Source: a virus. Taken from it: 64,000 nucleotides of DNA. Of the stretch, positions 19,651-29,594 are shown one piece after another. The notes under the pieces were generated by a model. The model searched no databases and was not told the DNA's origin. It saw only the letters and a program-made list of their open reading frames with translations. The stretch lies in IMG/VR virus record IMGVR_UViG_3300032289_001431, positions 8,532 through 72,531 of that record; one strand, 5' to 3'. Made by a program: the position numbers and the translations under genes. How positions within the stretch are numbered: position 1 is the stretch's first letter; each line of letters begins with the position of its first letter.

Positions 19651-20514
19651 ATGAGTACTAAATACAACGCAAGCCTGTTCGATACCCTAAAGGAATCCTT
19701 CAGCAATAAAAATAACACCGAATCAGTCTTTAAAGACTTCTTGAAATTTGAATCTGGTAAGACATATGTGGTTCGTCTCGTACCAAACGTGGAAGACATA
19801 AGCAACAGTTGGTACAAATACGCACAACATATCTTTGAAAGCTGTGTTCATGGTAAAAAAATTTCAGTGTTATGTCCTAACACTTACAAAGAGAAGTGTC
19901 CGATTTGTGAGTACCGTTCCAAGATTTGGGCTACTAAAAATGAAACATTGATTAATCAGGTTAAACCTCTTAAAAAGTCGGAGAAGTGGCTTTACAATGC
20001 ATATGTAATCACCGATCCTTCCAATCCCACAAATCAAGGTCAGGTTAAATATCTTAATGCTGGAGCGCAACTTGAAAAAATTATCGAAGCTGCTCGTTTT
20101 GGTGATGATAAAGATGAATTTGGCTCACGAATTTTTGATCTATCATCAAATGGATGTAATCTTAAAATTAAGGTTGAGACTAATGAGGGTGGTTATCCAT
20201 CATATGTAACTTCTAAATTTGTTTCACCTTCCGAAATTGAAGGTTTAGATACAGATTCTGCAATTGATTCTGTTTATGGTTCTTTCAAATCGTATGACAA
20301 TATTTTCAAACCAAAAACTTATAACGAGATTAAAGATCTTCTTGATGTTCACTTCTTAGGTAAAGACACGGCTGCACCTGCGGTTGTTGAGGAAGATGAA
20401 GATGAGTTTAAAGTTGATGATATAAGTGCTTCAACTGAAACAGAAGTTGAAACCAAATCAGATTCTCTTTCTGATCAGGAGAAAAGGATGAAAGAGATTT
20501 TGGAAAGCCTCTAA
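19651..20514 (+). CDS. gp32: Single-stranded DNA-binding protein (T4 gp32-like)
   Basis: VVRLVP, H...CP...CPIC zinc site, YNAYVITDP.NP.N.G.V, FDLS..GCN, Y..SKF, acidic tail. Confidence 0.9.
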   Translation: MSTKYNASLFDTLKESFSNKNNTESVFKDFLKFESGKTYVVRLVPNVEDISNSWYKYAQHIFESCVHGKKISVLCPNTYKEKCPICEYRSKIWATKNETLINQVKPLKKSEKWLYNAYVITDPSNPTNQGQVKYLNAGAQLEKIIEAARFGDDKDEFGSRIFDLSSNGCNLKIKVETNEGGYPSYVTSKFVSPSEIEGLDTDSAIDSVYGSFKSYDNIFKPKTYNEIKDLLDVHFLGKDTAAPAVVEEDEDEFKVDDISASTETEVETKSDSLSDQEKRMKEILESL

Positions 20515-20517
20515 AAT

Positions 20518-21054
20518 ATGAATCAGGCGGAAGCGTTAGAAGCTGCTAAACTAGCTGCAATGGTGGGTGGTCAAATGAAAATGGTTGATCAATTTACCAC
20601 CCACCGCACTAGTAATCCTGCAAATAAAATCGATATAAATAGTTTTGTAGCTAAAGTTAAAAATCCTAATGTTAGGATCAAACCTGCGAGTTATTTAACA
20701 GACACACCCGCAGGATATGCACCACCGCCGCCTGAAGAATATGTGCAATCACAAGTTCCTGATATACAACCATCTTTTATTCCAACTGCTGCTTCATTTG
20801 CAACAGAATCAACACAATTACCACAAGCGGTATCTACAATACTTCCGTCTGTTACTAGTCCAAATATTCAAACTTTACGAACAGAAACAAAAACATCATC
20901 TATAATCGATGGTTTTAAAGAAGATAAAAATGTAACTCTTTTAACTCGTAGTGATGTAGATAGTATCAGAAATTCATTAAAAAACATTGACAAATCATTA
21001 CAGGGTATGCTAAAGTATATGCAAGAAAGTAGCAAACCTAAAGTTGATGAATGA
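20518..21054 (+). CDS. Hypothetical Pro/Thr-rich protein
   Basis: 178-aa ORF in operon. Confidence 0.65.
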   Translation: MNQAEALEAAKLAAMVGGQMKMVDQFTTHRTSNPANKIDINSFVAKVKNPNVRIKPASYLTDTPAGYAPPPPEEYVQSQVPDIQPSFIPTAASFATESTQLPQAVSTILPSVTSPNIQTLRTETKTSSIIDGFKEDKNVTLLTRSDVDSIRNSLKNIDKSLQGMLKYMQESSKPKVDE

Positions 21055-21802
21055 ATTTTTAATACCAATTCCAAAAAGTTCTTTGGAAAAATTGTTAAAG
21101 CCTGTAAACAGGCTTGCCGATTCTTGCGTTTTACGTAATGATACCGAATCTATATACACTCTTTGTAGTTCAATTGATAGTAGTGTTATACTTTACGCTA
21201 ATACCAAACTTCCAGTAACTATAGATAAAATAAAACTTAATATTATCAATATTAAAAAATTTTTAACTGGATTAGATTGTTTGGGTGATGACGGTGAATT
21301 TAAAATTATTAAAAATGATAACAATATTGTTTGCAAATCAACTAATACAGTATCGGGCGAAAACAATCATTTTAAATATCATTTAGTTGAAGATAACATT
21401 ATCAAAGAATCCAGTGTTAATATTGAAAAAATTGCAAGTTTAAAGTATGATACTGTGTTTGATATTTCACTTGCAAAAATTAAGCAAATCATGTCAGCGT
21501 ATTCTTTTGTTAACGATGTTAATAAAATATATTTTTATACTAAAGATGATACTGTAATAGCGGAAATTGATGATAAATCGCTTCAAAATATCGATAATGT
21601 ATCTTTGGTGGCTTCTCCTTCATTTACAGGAGAACCTTTACTAACGCCAATGTCGGTTAAAATAGAAGTATTTAAATTACTGGCTAGTAGTAAAACTTCT
21701 ATTAAAGTTAAAATTAATAATGAGTTTAAAGTGTTTGTTTTTGAAACACAAGAAGATGAAAATACACAGTTAAAATATATTATATCCGCACTTGTTAAAT
21801 AA
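21047..21802 (+). CDS. Sliding clamp (gp45-like)
   Basis: About 250 aa with a two-domain alpha/beta pattern (KKFLTGL...FKYHL...YIISAL), in the replication block. Confidence 0.55.
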   Translation: MNEFLIPIPKSSLEKLLKPVNRLADSCVLRNDTESIYTLCSSIDSSVILYANTKLPVTIDKIKLNIINIKKFLTGLDCLGDDGEFKIIKNDNNIVCKSTNTVSGENNHFKYHLVEDNIIKESSVNIEKIASLKYDTVFDISLAKIKQIMSAYSFVNDVNKIYFYTKDDTVIAEIDDKSLQNIDNVSLVASPSFTGEPLLTPMSVKIEVFKLLASSKTSIKVKINNEFKVFVFETQEDENTQLKYIISALVK

Positions 21803-21824
21803 TTAATAAGTGATAAGATATAAT

Positions 21825-22148
21825 ATGTCGAAAAATAAATTAACAACTGTTGGATATTTTATCAAACGCCTTCGTGATAGTGGATATGTAACTGATAAAG
21901 TTTTTACAGATTATTCTGAACATGATCCTAGAGCTTGGACTGTTGTGGTAGATCCTAAAGTATCATCTGTGTTTATAACATGTTTTAACAATCATAATTC
22001 TTTTGGCGAAGAATATTTTGAAATGCATGATGGGGCGCAATTTATACCAGATAGATTTAAATTAAAAACAAGTTCTATTGAAACAGTTGTCGAATATCTT
22101 GTTAAATTTGGAATAAATAATAAAGCACCTAAATACAATGACAAATAA
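21825..22148 (+). CDS. Hypothetical phage protein
   Basis: ATG 21825 after TTGTTA-N16-TAAGAT; YFIKRLRDSGY, DPRAWTVVVDP. Confidence 0.7.
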   Translation: MSKNKLTTVGYFIKRLRDSGYVTDKVFTDYSEHDPRAWTVVVDPKVSSVFITCFNNHNSFGEEYFEMHDGAQFIPDRFKLKTSSIETVVEYLVKFGINNKAPKYNDK

Positions 22149-22527
22149 AAGAAAAAAAACTAATACCCCCTCATTGTCTTCAGAAAATACCAGTGTAAAG
22201 TCAAAAAAAAAAGGTATGACAGATGAACAAGTAAAAGAATTAAATGATAAAGTTTTTTTAGCTGTTAATAATTTAGAACTTCAAAAAAGTTTGGATAGAT
22301 GGTTAAGAGAAAATTCACAAAATAACACAATTGTCAGAAGAGATTTGACAATGTTAAAAAATATGGTTTCTGAATATTTGGACTCTTTTGTTTTGTTTGG
22401 ATATAATATGGAAGGAGAAAGAGTTATAATTCAAAAGTTTGAAACCTCAAAAGATAGAGATGCTGTTATGGAATTTCTCAAAACTATATTTTTAAAACAA
22501 CAACACGAAAATTTTTTAGATGAATAA
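22138..22527 (+). CDS. Hypothetical protein
   Basis: 129 aa, overlaps neighbours; EYLDSFVLFGY..EGE. Confidence 0.65.
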   Translation: MTNKRKKTNTPSLSSENTSVKSKKKGMTDEQVKELNDKVFLAVNNLELQKSLDRWLRENSQNNTIVRRDLTMLKNMVSEYLDSFVLFGYNMEGERVIIQKFETSKDRDAVMEFLKTIFLKQQHENFLDE

Positions 22528-23560
22528 CATTGATCCTAGTTTAATAGACCCTTTTTGTATTCAAGCTGGATTAGACCCGACTCTATTTCCAGTAGGCTCT
22601 GCCCAACATTTAGATCTTAATTTTAACATAATACCTTTTTTATGTAATTTATTAAATGCAGTAAATGATGATAACGTTAGTGGAATATTAGTCGCACCGC
22701 CTTCATCGTTTGATATTACCCCATTTACTGATTTTACTGGGCTAACTGGTGTCGGTGATCCAAGAGTTTCTTTAGGAGAAGTAATGATTCAAACTGGTAT
22801 AAATTTTATACCAAAAATGATAGCACAAACAGAGGTTAGACAAAACGGGGGAACTCAAATTATAGATAATTATATTTGTAATTCCGATGGTGTGACGATT
22901 AAAAAATCAGAAACACTTCCAGCATTATTATCTTTGGATTTAACTGGTCAAAACCCTTATCAATATGGTGCAATCACAATACCGCCTTTAAGTACAACTT
23001 ATGAAGAACTATTAACTCCCTTTGCACCACAAGATGTTACAAATTTTGTATATGATTATATAAATTCAGCCAGAGAATCACACGCTGGTTATTTTGTTAA
23101 CTTTATAAAAAAATATTTTTCAGATTATAAAGCGGAAGTAAACATATACAAAACATCAGGAACGATGCTTGTTCTTTTAACAAAAGGAACAACAATTGTG
23201 TATTTAAAATATTATGCTGATATTGCAAATAAAGTTGCAGTATTGTTAAATTTAGATGATATGAAATATATCATAGGGAATAAATCACCAACAAACGGTG
23301 CAATATCTTTAGCAATGGCATCCGAAATTCCAAATTATAAAAATATATATTTAAGTGAAACTTTATCAAAAGAACATTATGATTTGTTAATGGACAAATA
23401 TAAAACTACACCCGAATTGGAATATACATATATATTCTCAAATTCAGCACTAGCAATTAAATATTTTTCTGATACGTATGGATCAATGTTGACACCCACA
23501 GTAAGTACCGTTCCAGTTGTTTATACTTCAGTAACAACAATTGGTGGTATTGTTGTTTAA
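22520..23560 (+). CDS. Hypothetical protein
   Basis: 346-aa ORF ending convergently with the spike gene. Confidence 0.65.
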   Translation: MNNIDPSLIDPFCIQAGLDPTLFPVGSAQHLDLNFNIIPFLCNLLNAVNDDNVSGILVAPPSSFDITPFTDFTGLTGVGDPRVSLGEVMIQTGINFIPKMIAQTEVRQNGGTQIIDNYICNSDGVTIKKSETLPALLSLDLTGQNPYQYGAITIPPLSTTYEELLTPFAPQDVTNFVYDYINSARESHAGYFVNFIKKYFSDYKAEVNIYKTSGTMLVLLTKGTTIVYLKYYADIANKVAVLLNLDDMKYIIGNKSPTNGAISLAMASEIPNYKNIYLSETLSKEHYDLLMDKYKTTPELEYTYIFSNSALAIKYFSDTYGSMLTPTVSTVPVVYTSVTTIGGIVV

Positions 23561-25653
23561 TCACATCCAAGATTGAAATTTGGTGGTGGTATTAAATTAC
23601 CATCTGGATCAAATACACCATCAGCAGTAACAAAGTTTCCATTATACGCATCTCCATCATTCGGCCCTAGCCCATATTGCGAATTTCTTCTAGATATTGC
23701 TGCTTCATTTCCATTATTACCAAAAGGGTTAATACAAGGTATACATAAATCACCAATACTTCTATGTCCGGGTTTAGAACCCATACCAGTTGGTTTTGCT
23801 GGTGTTGGTACGTGACTAGGTTGAGGTCTAGTTGCTCTAGCTGTTTTTGCATTTGCAACTTGATGTCCATGATAACTTGTATAATCATGGGCGTGTTCAT
23901 CACCAGCATTACCGTGATTATGTGGGAAAGTAAATATTGGTAAAGTTTGACCGGGAACTACGAAAGTATTTGTAAACGTAACAGGCGCAGGACCATCTTT
24001 AGTCATTGCAAACGCAATACCGTTAACCATCAGCGGACTACCAGCAGGAACACCGGGAGGTGCAAAATAAGTCATAGCATACCCAGTGGGCAAACCAGTA
24101 TTATCAACGGGAACTTGTAACATTGCTCTATCATATGCTTCCATAGCCAATGTAAACATTGGAGTAGTTCCGTTAAAAATATTTTTTGATAATGTGTTAA
24201 ATAAATCTCTTCCTGCTGTTTTTACCACATAATCCTTTGTATTAGCTAATGTTGCTTTTAATGCACCTGTTGGATTATTCCAATTAGCACCCAAATGAAC
24301 CGAATTTGAACTGTTAGAAGGTCCAGTAGATACACGTTCGCCGGGGGCTGTAATGTGAGTGCAATGTAAACCACCATCCAATGATAAAGAACCTTTTATA
24401 GCAGTATCACCGCTAACATGCAAAGCACCAGCAACCATAACATTATTCGCTTCCATTCTTATTCCAGTATCACCAGAACGATCATTACCATCTATTACAA
24501 TATTTTTTCCTTTGATTGTAGTAAGATTTTTAGACATTAATGTTAATTCACCTTCAGTTGCTGCTATCGTAGTAACCGCACCGTTAAATTGAGCCTTACC
24601 TGTTGTGTGAACATCAATACCGGGAGATCCAACAGCCAATGTAAATTTTTGAGCAACTCCTAAAAATAAACTACCGGGGTTTATTAAAGGATCAGTATGT
24701 ATAACTTGTTTACAATTACCTTTAGTGTGAGGAAAAAGTCCTTTTCCTTCTTCACTATTTAAAAATCCAAAAGGAGTGGTCATGTTTTCACCTTCAGCGG
24801 TTGTTGGTGCTTTGTTCATCGATTTTGGATGACCTACATGTATAGCAACATCAGACATAAATGGACCCATAGCATGAGTTCCACCACTACCTAAATCTTT
24901 TTGATGTTTTTCTAATGTTTTTTGTTTACTTTCTAAATCTTTAGCAGCGGTTTCGTTTGCTTTTTGTATTGCTTCTTTTTTAGAATAAACCATTCCATTT
25001 TTACAACCGGGACTACCACAACCTTTTCCTTGATTTAAAGATGACACCTTTTCACTTGAAAGAAACGGTGTAATTAACATATTTAAATATTTTTGAATTA
25101 CTTCTAATGGGTAAGGTAAATTTGGTATTGTAAATCTTATAATTTGAAATGCTTTATCAATTAAACATTGATCTTTATCTGTTAATATTTTACTAGAACA
25201 CGTTGGACATGGAACCTGTGATCCTTTTTCTTTTTTAATTGTATCGACTTTTTTCTTATCAATATCATGTGTAGTATCTTGTAAACTTTTAGCAGCCGTT
25301 ACTTGCTTTGATGTTGCTTCCCCAACTTGTTTTGTTTCATTACCATGTACATAACTATGTTTATCCCCTTGAGCTACCGTTTGAGAATCGCCCCTTATTG
25401 AAGTAAAAAGATTTTGACCAGCACCAATATACAAATCAGCATTTGATTTTATTGTTAAACCTCCACCTATAAGTTGAACTAAACTTTTATATTTGTCTTG
25501 TAATAAAACATAAGACATATCATCTTGAATAGATGAACCAGTAGCAGTGTTAATAAAAATATTACTTTTTATTTCCAAGCCACCAGCTTCAGCAACTAAT
25601 GAACTGGTTTGTTTTGAACCGGATAAACTATCTAATGTTGTTGATGCTGCCAT
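23557..25653 (-). CDS. Baseplate central spike, gp5 C-terminal beta-helix-like, with metal-binding insertions
   Basis: Beta-helix-like repeats (SIRGDSQTVAQGDKHSYVHGNETKQVG; VAGALHVSGDTAIKGSL) and HNH..HAH apex motif; directly after the gp5 OB gene. Confidence 0.6.
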   Translation of the reverse strand: MAASTTLDSLSGSKQTSSLVAEAGGLEIKSNIFINTATGSSIQDDMSYVLLQDKYKSLVQLIGGGLTIKSNADLYIGAGQNLFTSIRGDSQTVAQGDKHSYVHGNETKQVGEATSKQVTAAKSLQDTTHDIDKKKVDTIKKEKGSQVPCPTCSSKILTDKDQCLIDKAFQIIRFTIPNLPYPLEVIQKYLNMLITPFLSSEKVSSLNQGKGCGSPGCKNGMVYSKKEAIQKANETAAKDLESKQKTLEKHQKDLGSGGTHAMGPFMSDVAIHVGHPKSMNKAPTTAEGENMTTPFGFLNSEEGKGLFPHTKGNCKQVIHTDPLINPGSLFLGVAQKFTLAVGSPGIDVHTTGKAQFNGAVTTIAATEGELTLMSKNLTTIKGKNIVIDGNDRSGDTGIRMEANNVMVAGALHVSGDTAIKGSLSLDGGLHCTHITAPGERVSTGPSNSSNSVHLGANWNNPTGALKATLANTKDYVVKTAGRDLFNTLSKNIFNGTTPMFTLAMEAYDRAMLQVPVDNTGLPTGYAMTYFAPPGVPAGSPLMVNGIAFAMTKDGPAPVTFTNTFVVPGQTLPIFTFPHNHGNAGDEHAHDYTSYHGHQVANAKTARATRPQPSHVPTPAKPTGMGSKPGHRSIGDLCIPCINPFGNNGNEAAISRRNSQYGLGPNDGDAYNGNFVTADGVFDPDGNLIPPPNFNLGCD

Positions 25654-25678
25654 ATTTTATTTATTAATTTTATTGAAA

Positions 25679-27307
25679 TTATCCATGTGCTCCTATGTTA
25701 GATGGTTCATATACTTGACCCATATAAATTGGTCTTTGTGAACTACCCCCTTCAAACGTCACCCATACTTTTGAACCAACGGCTGGCGTTGAAAAAACAC
25801 CAACAGGTGCTCCATATCTTGACATGTTAACACTACCATAAGCGTTCATACCTTGATTTGTTGTCCTTTGAACCAAAGCACCAGAACTCGCTGCTGTTAA
25901 TGGAGCACCTTCACCTCTCATTCTCGCCATGGTTGTACCCGCAAATGATCCTCGTTTTGTAACTGTATTATCAAGACCATCAATTGAATTATTTCTAGTT
26001 ATTTGAATTTCCGCCATTGATATTGCGGTATTAGCGGCAAGCTCTGGTCTTGATTGTAAATCATTAACGCCCATTCCACTATATCCAGCATACACCGATG
26101 TATCAAGAACACTAGTTGACCATGCACCCCAAGAACCACCCGGATCATTTACAGTATCAGCACCGGATGCTGCAACCTTACCACCTTGTTCCGCTAATGC
26201 CAATCTCCACATAAAATCCGCCCATTGATTTGGATCTTTAGTGTTTGATACTCCATATTTTGCTGCTTCTGATGGATTTAAATTTGCTGATAGTAAAGGT
26301 GAACATTTCATTCTTTCAACAGCATAACTTTTAAATGATGCTTCATCCATTACACCATTATTAGAAGCAATTGTCATTCCTTTGGAATCCATTTCACGGT
26401 TTTGAGCTACTGATAATGCTTTAGCTTCAGAAAGACTCATCGGAGAACCGCTTGAATTTCCAGCACACGCACTACCGGAACCAATTGGATCTTCATTTCC
26501 ATTAAATGTTCCTTCTTTATTATTAACACCATCATCAGAAACTCCTCTATTATCACCATTTACAGCTTGAAGCGATTGAGCGGAATTATCATTACCATAG
26601 TTTGTGTTTACAGTTCCCGGATTTAAATGTAGTAAACTCATTACACCTTCTGGTGTATTAATTCTAACAACAGTTCCACCGCCACCAGAATCTTCAAACG
26701 TTCCAACATAAGTTGCGCCGTTTTGTAATTGAATAGATGATCCAGTTGGGGTTCTAAAATCAATACCTTTGTGTGGACTTTTTCTAAAACTTTCAGTAGC
26801 ACCATAAGCGGAAGAAACACCAAAACTACTTGGTGATTTTCCGTCTATTAAAAGATATTTATTTGCATCATTTGCTGAAATAGGACGTTTATCACCCCAT
26901 CTAACATCCAAATGTGGACCCGTTGACCTACCACTATTTCCAGTTTTTGCTAAAACGCCGGGAGTTACACCAGCATTTGAACCAGAACCAAGAGCACGAT
27001 CTGTCGGTATTGTAGTTGCTTGTTGAGTATCCGTTGCAACGGGAGCACCCGTACCACCACCCCAGACAGGAGTAGATGGCCTTGCCCACGGTAAAACCCC
27101 CAACACTCTATCTAAAACATCAGGTGAAAACGGATCAGAAGATGCAGTTTTAAATGATATATCATCAAGTTTATCGTTCCATCCTTTAAAAAGTGGACCA
27201 GTTTTACCGGGAACTATTAATTTAACTCTACCTAAACCATCGGGATCTTGTGCATCTAAAACCAACCCAACGTATGTTCCATAAAGTAAATGACTATCAC
27301 GAGACAT
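25679..27307 (-). CDS. Baseplate gp5/VgrG OB-fold protein with inserted peptidoglycan hydrolase domains
   Basis: N-half YVGLV...DPDGLGRVKLIVP...LPWARP; C-half GVFSTPAVGSKVWVTFEGGSSQRPIYMG; M23 motifs GNSGRSTGPHL and HKGID in between. Confidence 0.8.
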   Translation of the reverse strand: MSRDSHLLYGTYVGLVLDAQDPDGLGRVKLIVPGKTGPLFKGWNDKLDDISFKTASSDPFSPDVLDRVLGVLPWARPSTPVWGGGTGAPVATDTQQATTIPTDRALGSGSNAGVTPGVLAKTGNSGRSTGPHLDVRWGDKRPISANDANKYLLIDGKSPSSFGVSSAYGATESFRKSPHKGIDFRTPTGSSIQLQNGATYVGTFEDSGGGGTVVRINTPEGVMSLLHLNPGTVNTNYGNDNSAQSLQAVNGDNRGVSDDGVNNKEGTFNGNEDPIGSGSACAGNSSGSPMSLSEAKALSVAQNREMDSKGMTIASNNGVMDEASFKSYAVERMKCSPLLSANLNPSEAAKYGVSNTKDPNQWADFMWRLALAEQGGKVAASGADTVNDPGGSWGAWSTSVLDTSVYAGYSGMGVNDLQSRPELAANTAISMAEIQITRNNSIDGLDNTVTKRGSFAGTTMARMRGEGAPLTAASSGALVQRTTNQGMNAYGSVNMSRYGAPVGVFSTPAVGSKVWVTFEGGSSQRPIYMGQVYEPSNIGAHG

Positions 27308-27313
27308 AATATA

Positions 27314-28954
27314 TTAAGCGACATTAACTCCAATTTTTGACGAGTCAGTGGGATGTCCATAAATATCTTCAGTGCCATCTTTAAACGTACTAGCACCGAG
27401 TTTTGAAGCTGATTCTGGGTTTGTCGAATTAGTATCCCCTAATGCATTGATAATAGGATTAAAAATTGAAAAATTTGGACCCATTATATTTTGAATTTCT
27501 GATACAACTTTATTTTGAGTTGCTTTTGCTGCTAACCCATATCCATAATTTGCCAACATAGAACTTAAAAAATTATTTGGATTATTTGCTAATGAGTTTA
27601 CTTGGTTTATAATTTGATTTACTTGTGGTGGCAAATACTGTGATACAAACCCGAAAGGATTACTTGCAAAACTACCAGCAGTGCCAACCCAATCACTACC
27701 AGCACCAAATGCACTATTAACATAACCTTCCAATGTACCCGTAAGATTACTTGTTATGTTAGACATATTCATTAATGATGTGAAAAACGGAATATCACTA
27801 GCAATAGAACGCAATATAGCCATCAATATACATAACAAATCAACCGGAATTATACTTTCTAAAAAATCCATTACAAGTTGTTGTAATTTAGACAATAACC
27901 CATTTATATAAGCATAAAATTTTTGAACATATTCCATAATACCATTATAAATGTCATTTATAAGAGTCGAAAATGCTGCTATTACACCATTAATACCCGC
28001 CACTAAACCCTGTATCGCACCAAAAGCTTTTTTAGGTAATGCTAAATAAGCAGATGTTCTTACTTTATTACAAAAAGCATCCAATTCAGCAACTGCGTTT
28101 GGATGTATTTTGTTTATCAAAGCTGTTACTAAATTTGGATGTTCAGTTTGAGGTCCAGTTATTGGACTTGTATTCATATTATTAGCATTAGCTTGAGTAA
28201 CACCTAATTTACCAATATCATCAAATGATTTTTTTTGATATGCAGGTGTTTTCTTTAACGCTTCTTGTAATTTTGGCTGTTTAGCCATTTTGATAAAATC
28301 GTTTAAAAACCCTTGATCTATAACATATTTGTCTTGACCATAAACACCAGATTGTAAAATTTTATTATCAAAACCATAAACTAACATGTTTAATAAAAGA
28401 TAATATTTATTTGTATTTAAATTGGAAAATTGATGTTTTATTCTGGCTAATTCACCGCCAAAAAGATAAGGATATAATGATAAATTAGTTTGTTTTTCTA
28501 ATTCTTGAATTTCTTTGTGTGTAATTGTATGTGATTTACTACCACCTTGATTTATTTCTTTAGTTTTATCTTTTTTCTGAGATGGTGTTTTTTTCTGTTC
28601 AGCCGATTGTTTAGACAATCTTGCATTTGGATTATCTGAATTTGCATTTGGGTTAGGATCAACTGAATTTGCAATATAAACTGGTGCGTCTTTTAAAGAC
28701 GGATCGATTATACTAGCAGTAGTCCCAGTGAAAATAGCATCATCTGGCATTGATTCTATAAAACCATTCGATATATCACCAGTAGTCCCAGTTAAAACAA
28801 AATCACCGCTTGACGCACCAATACCGCTTATTATATTTGGCTCGTTTGGATTAAAAACCTGTTGAACACTTGCCGTGGTGGGTTCTTTTGAAACGGGTGC
28901 AGACGTTTCTATTGTTTCAGATACCCCAAAAATTGGATTTATTTCAATGGACAT
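27314..28954 (-). CDS. Hypothetical virion/baseplate-associated protein
   Basis: 546 aa with long amphipathic Ala/Gly/Asn helices, co-oriented with gp5. Confidence 0.55.
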   Translation of the reverse strand: MSIEINPIFGVSETIETSAPVSKEPTTASVQQVFNPNEPNIISGIGASSGDFVLTGTTGDISNGFIESMPDDAIFTGTTASIIDPSLKDAPVYIANSVDPNPNANSDNPNARLSKQSAEQKKTPSQKKDKTKEINQGGSKSHTITHKEIQELEKQTNLSLYPYLFGGELARIKHQFSNLNTNKYYLLLNMLVYGFDNKILQSGVYGQDKYVIDQGFLNDFIKMAKQPKLQEALKKTPAYQKKSFDDIGKLGVTQANANNMNTSPITGPQTEHPNLVTALINKIHPNAVAELDAFCNKVRTSAYLALPKKAFGAIQGLVAGINGVIAAFSTLINDIYNGIMEYVQKFYAYINGLLSKLQQLVMDFLESIIPVDLLCILMAILRSIASDIPFFTSLMNMSNITSNLTGTLEGYVNSAFGAGSDWVGTAGSFASNPFGFVSQYLPPQVNQIINQVNSLANNPNNFLSSMLANYGYGLAAKATQNKVVSEIQNIMGPNFSIFNPIINALGDTNSTNPESASKLGASTFKDGTEDIYGHPTDSSKIGVNVA

Positions 28955-28982
28955 ATTTTAATAATAGTATATAGTTATATTT

Positions 28983-29594
28983 ATGCATAATATCAGTTTT
29001 TCATACCCCCCAATAGGCATTGCAGGAGCAGCAAGAGCAGGAAAAGACACCCTCTGTAGAGGTATAATTCGACAATTAAAAGAATATAAAATAGATGCTA
29101 TTCGCAAATCTATCGCTGGTGATGCGGTTAAGACAGATTTAAAAGATTTTATATCAAAAAAGTTTAATCTTGACGCTTTTACTGAAAATTCTGATGATAA
29201 AGAATTTATGCGACCATTATTAGTCGAATATGGTAAGATGCAGAGAAGTAAAACCAAAGGTAGATATTTTATTAATGCGTTTACAATTATACCAAATTTT
29301 GTTAATATATTACCCGATATTCGTTATATAGAATATGAACAAGATGAAGTATATTGGCTTAAAAATGAAGTAAAAGGTCTTTTAATCTTTATTAAAAGAA
29401 AAGGAATACAAGATGCTAATGATACTGAGAGAGTTAATAATAAAATTATCAGTAGTATGGCTGATTATATTTTAGAGTGGGATACTTTAAAAGAAAAAAA
29501 CCCAGAAGATGTTTTGCAAATTGATTATTATGCCAAATGGATAGTTGATCAATATTATATACCAATGATATATTCAGCTACCACTTGCCAATAG
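28983..29594 (+). CDS. dNMP kinase-like P-loop protein
   Basis: IGIAGAARAGKDT, KE..RPLLV.YG..QR, PDIRY..E. Confidence 0.75.
   Translation: MHNISFSYPPIGIAGAARAGKDTLCRGIIRQLKEYKIDAIRKSIAGDAVKTDLKDFISKKFNLDAFTENSDDKEFMRPLLVEYGKMQRSKTKGRYFINAFTIIPNFVNILPDIRYIEYEQDEVYWLKNEVKGLLIFIKRKGIQDANDTERVNNKIISSMADYILEWDTLKEKNPEDVLQIDYYAKWIVDQYYIPMIYSATTCQ

Noticed and set aside
29578-29594. Stop-codon reassignment (TAG or TGA), as in some large phages
   Set aside because: Core genes are full length in code 11. TGA ends many genes, and TAG ends genes at natural termini (CPIGKW*, dNMP kinase, gp3-like). No suppressor tRNA was found.
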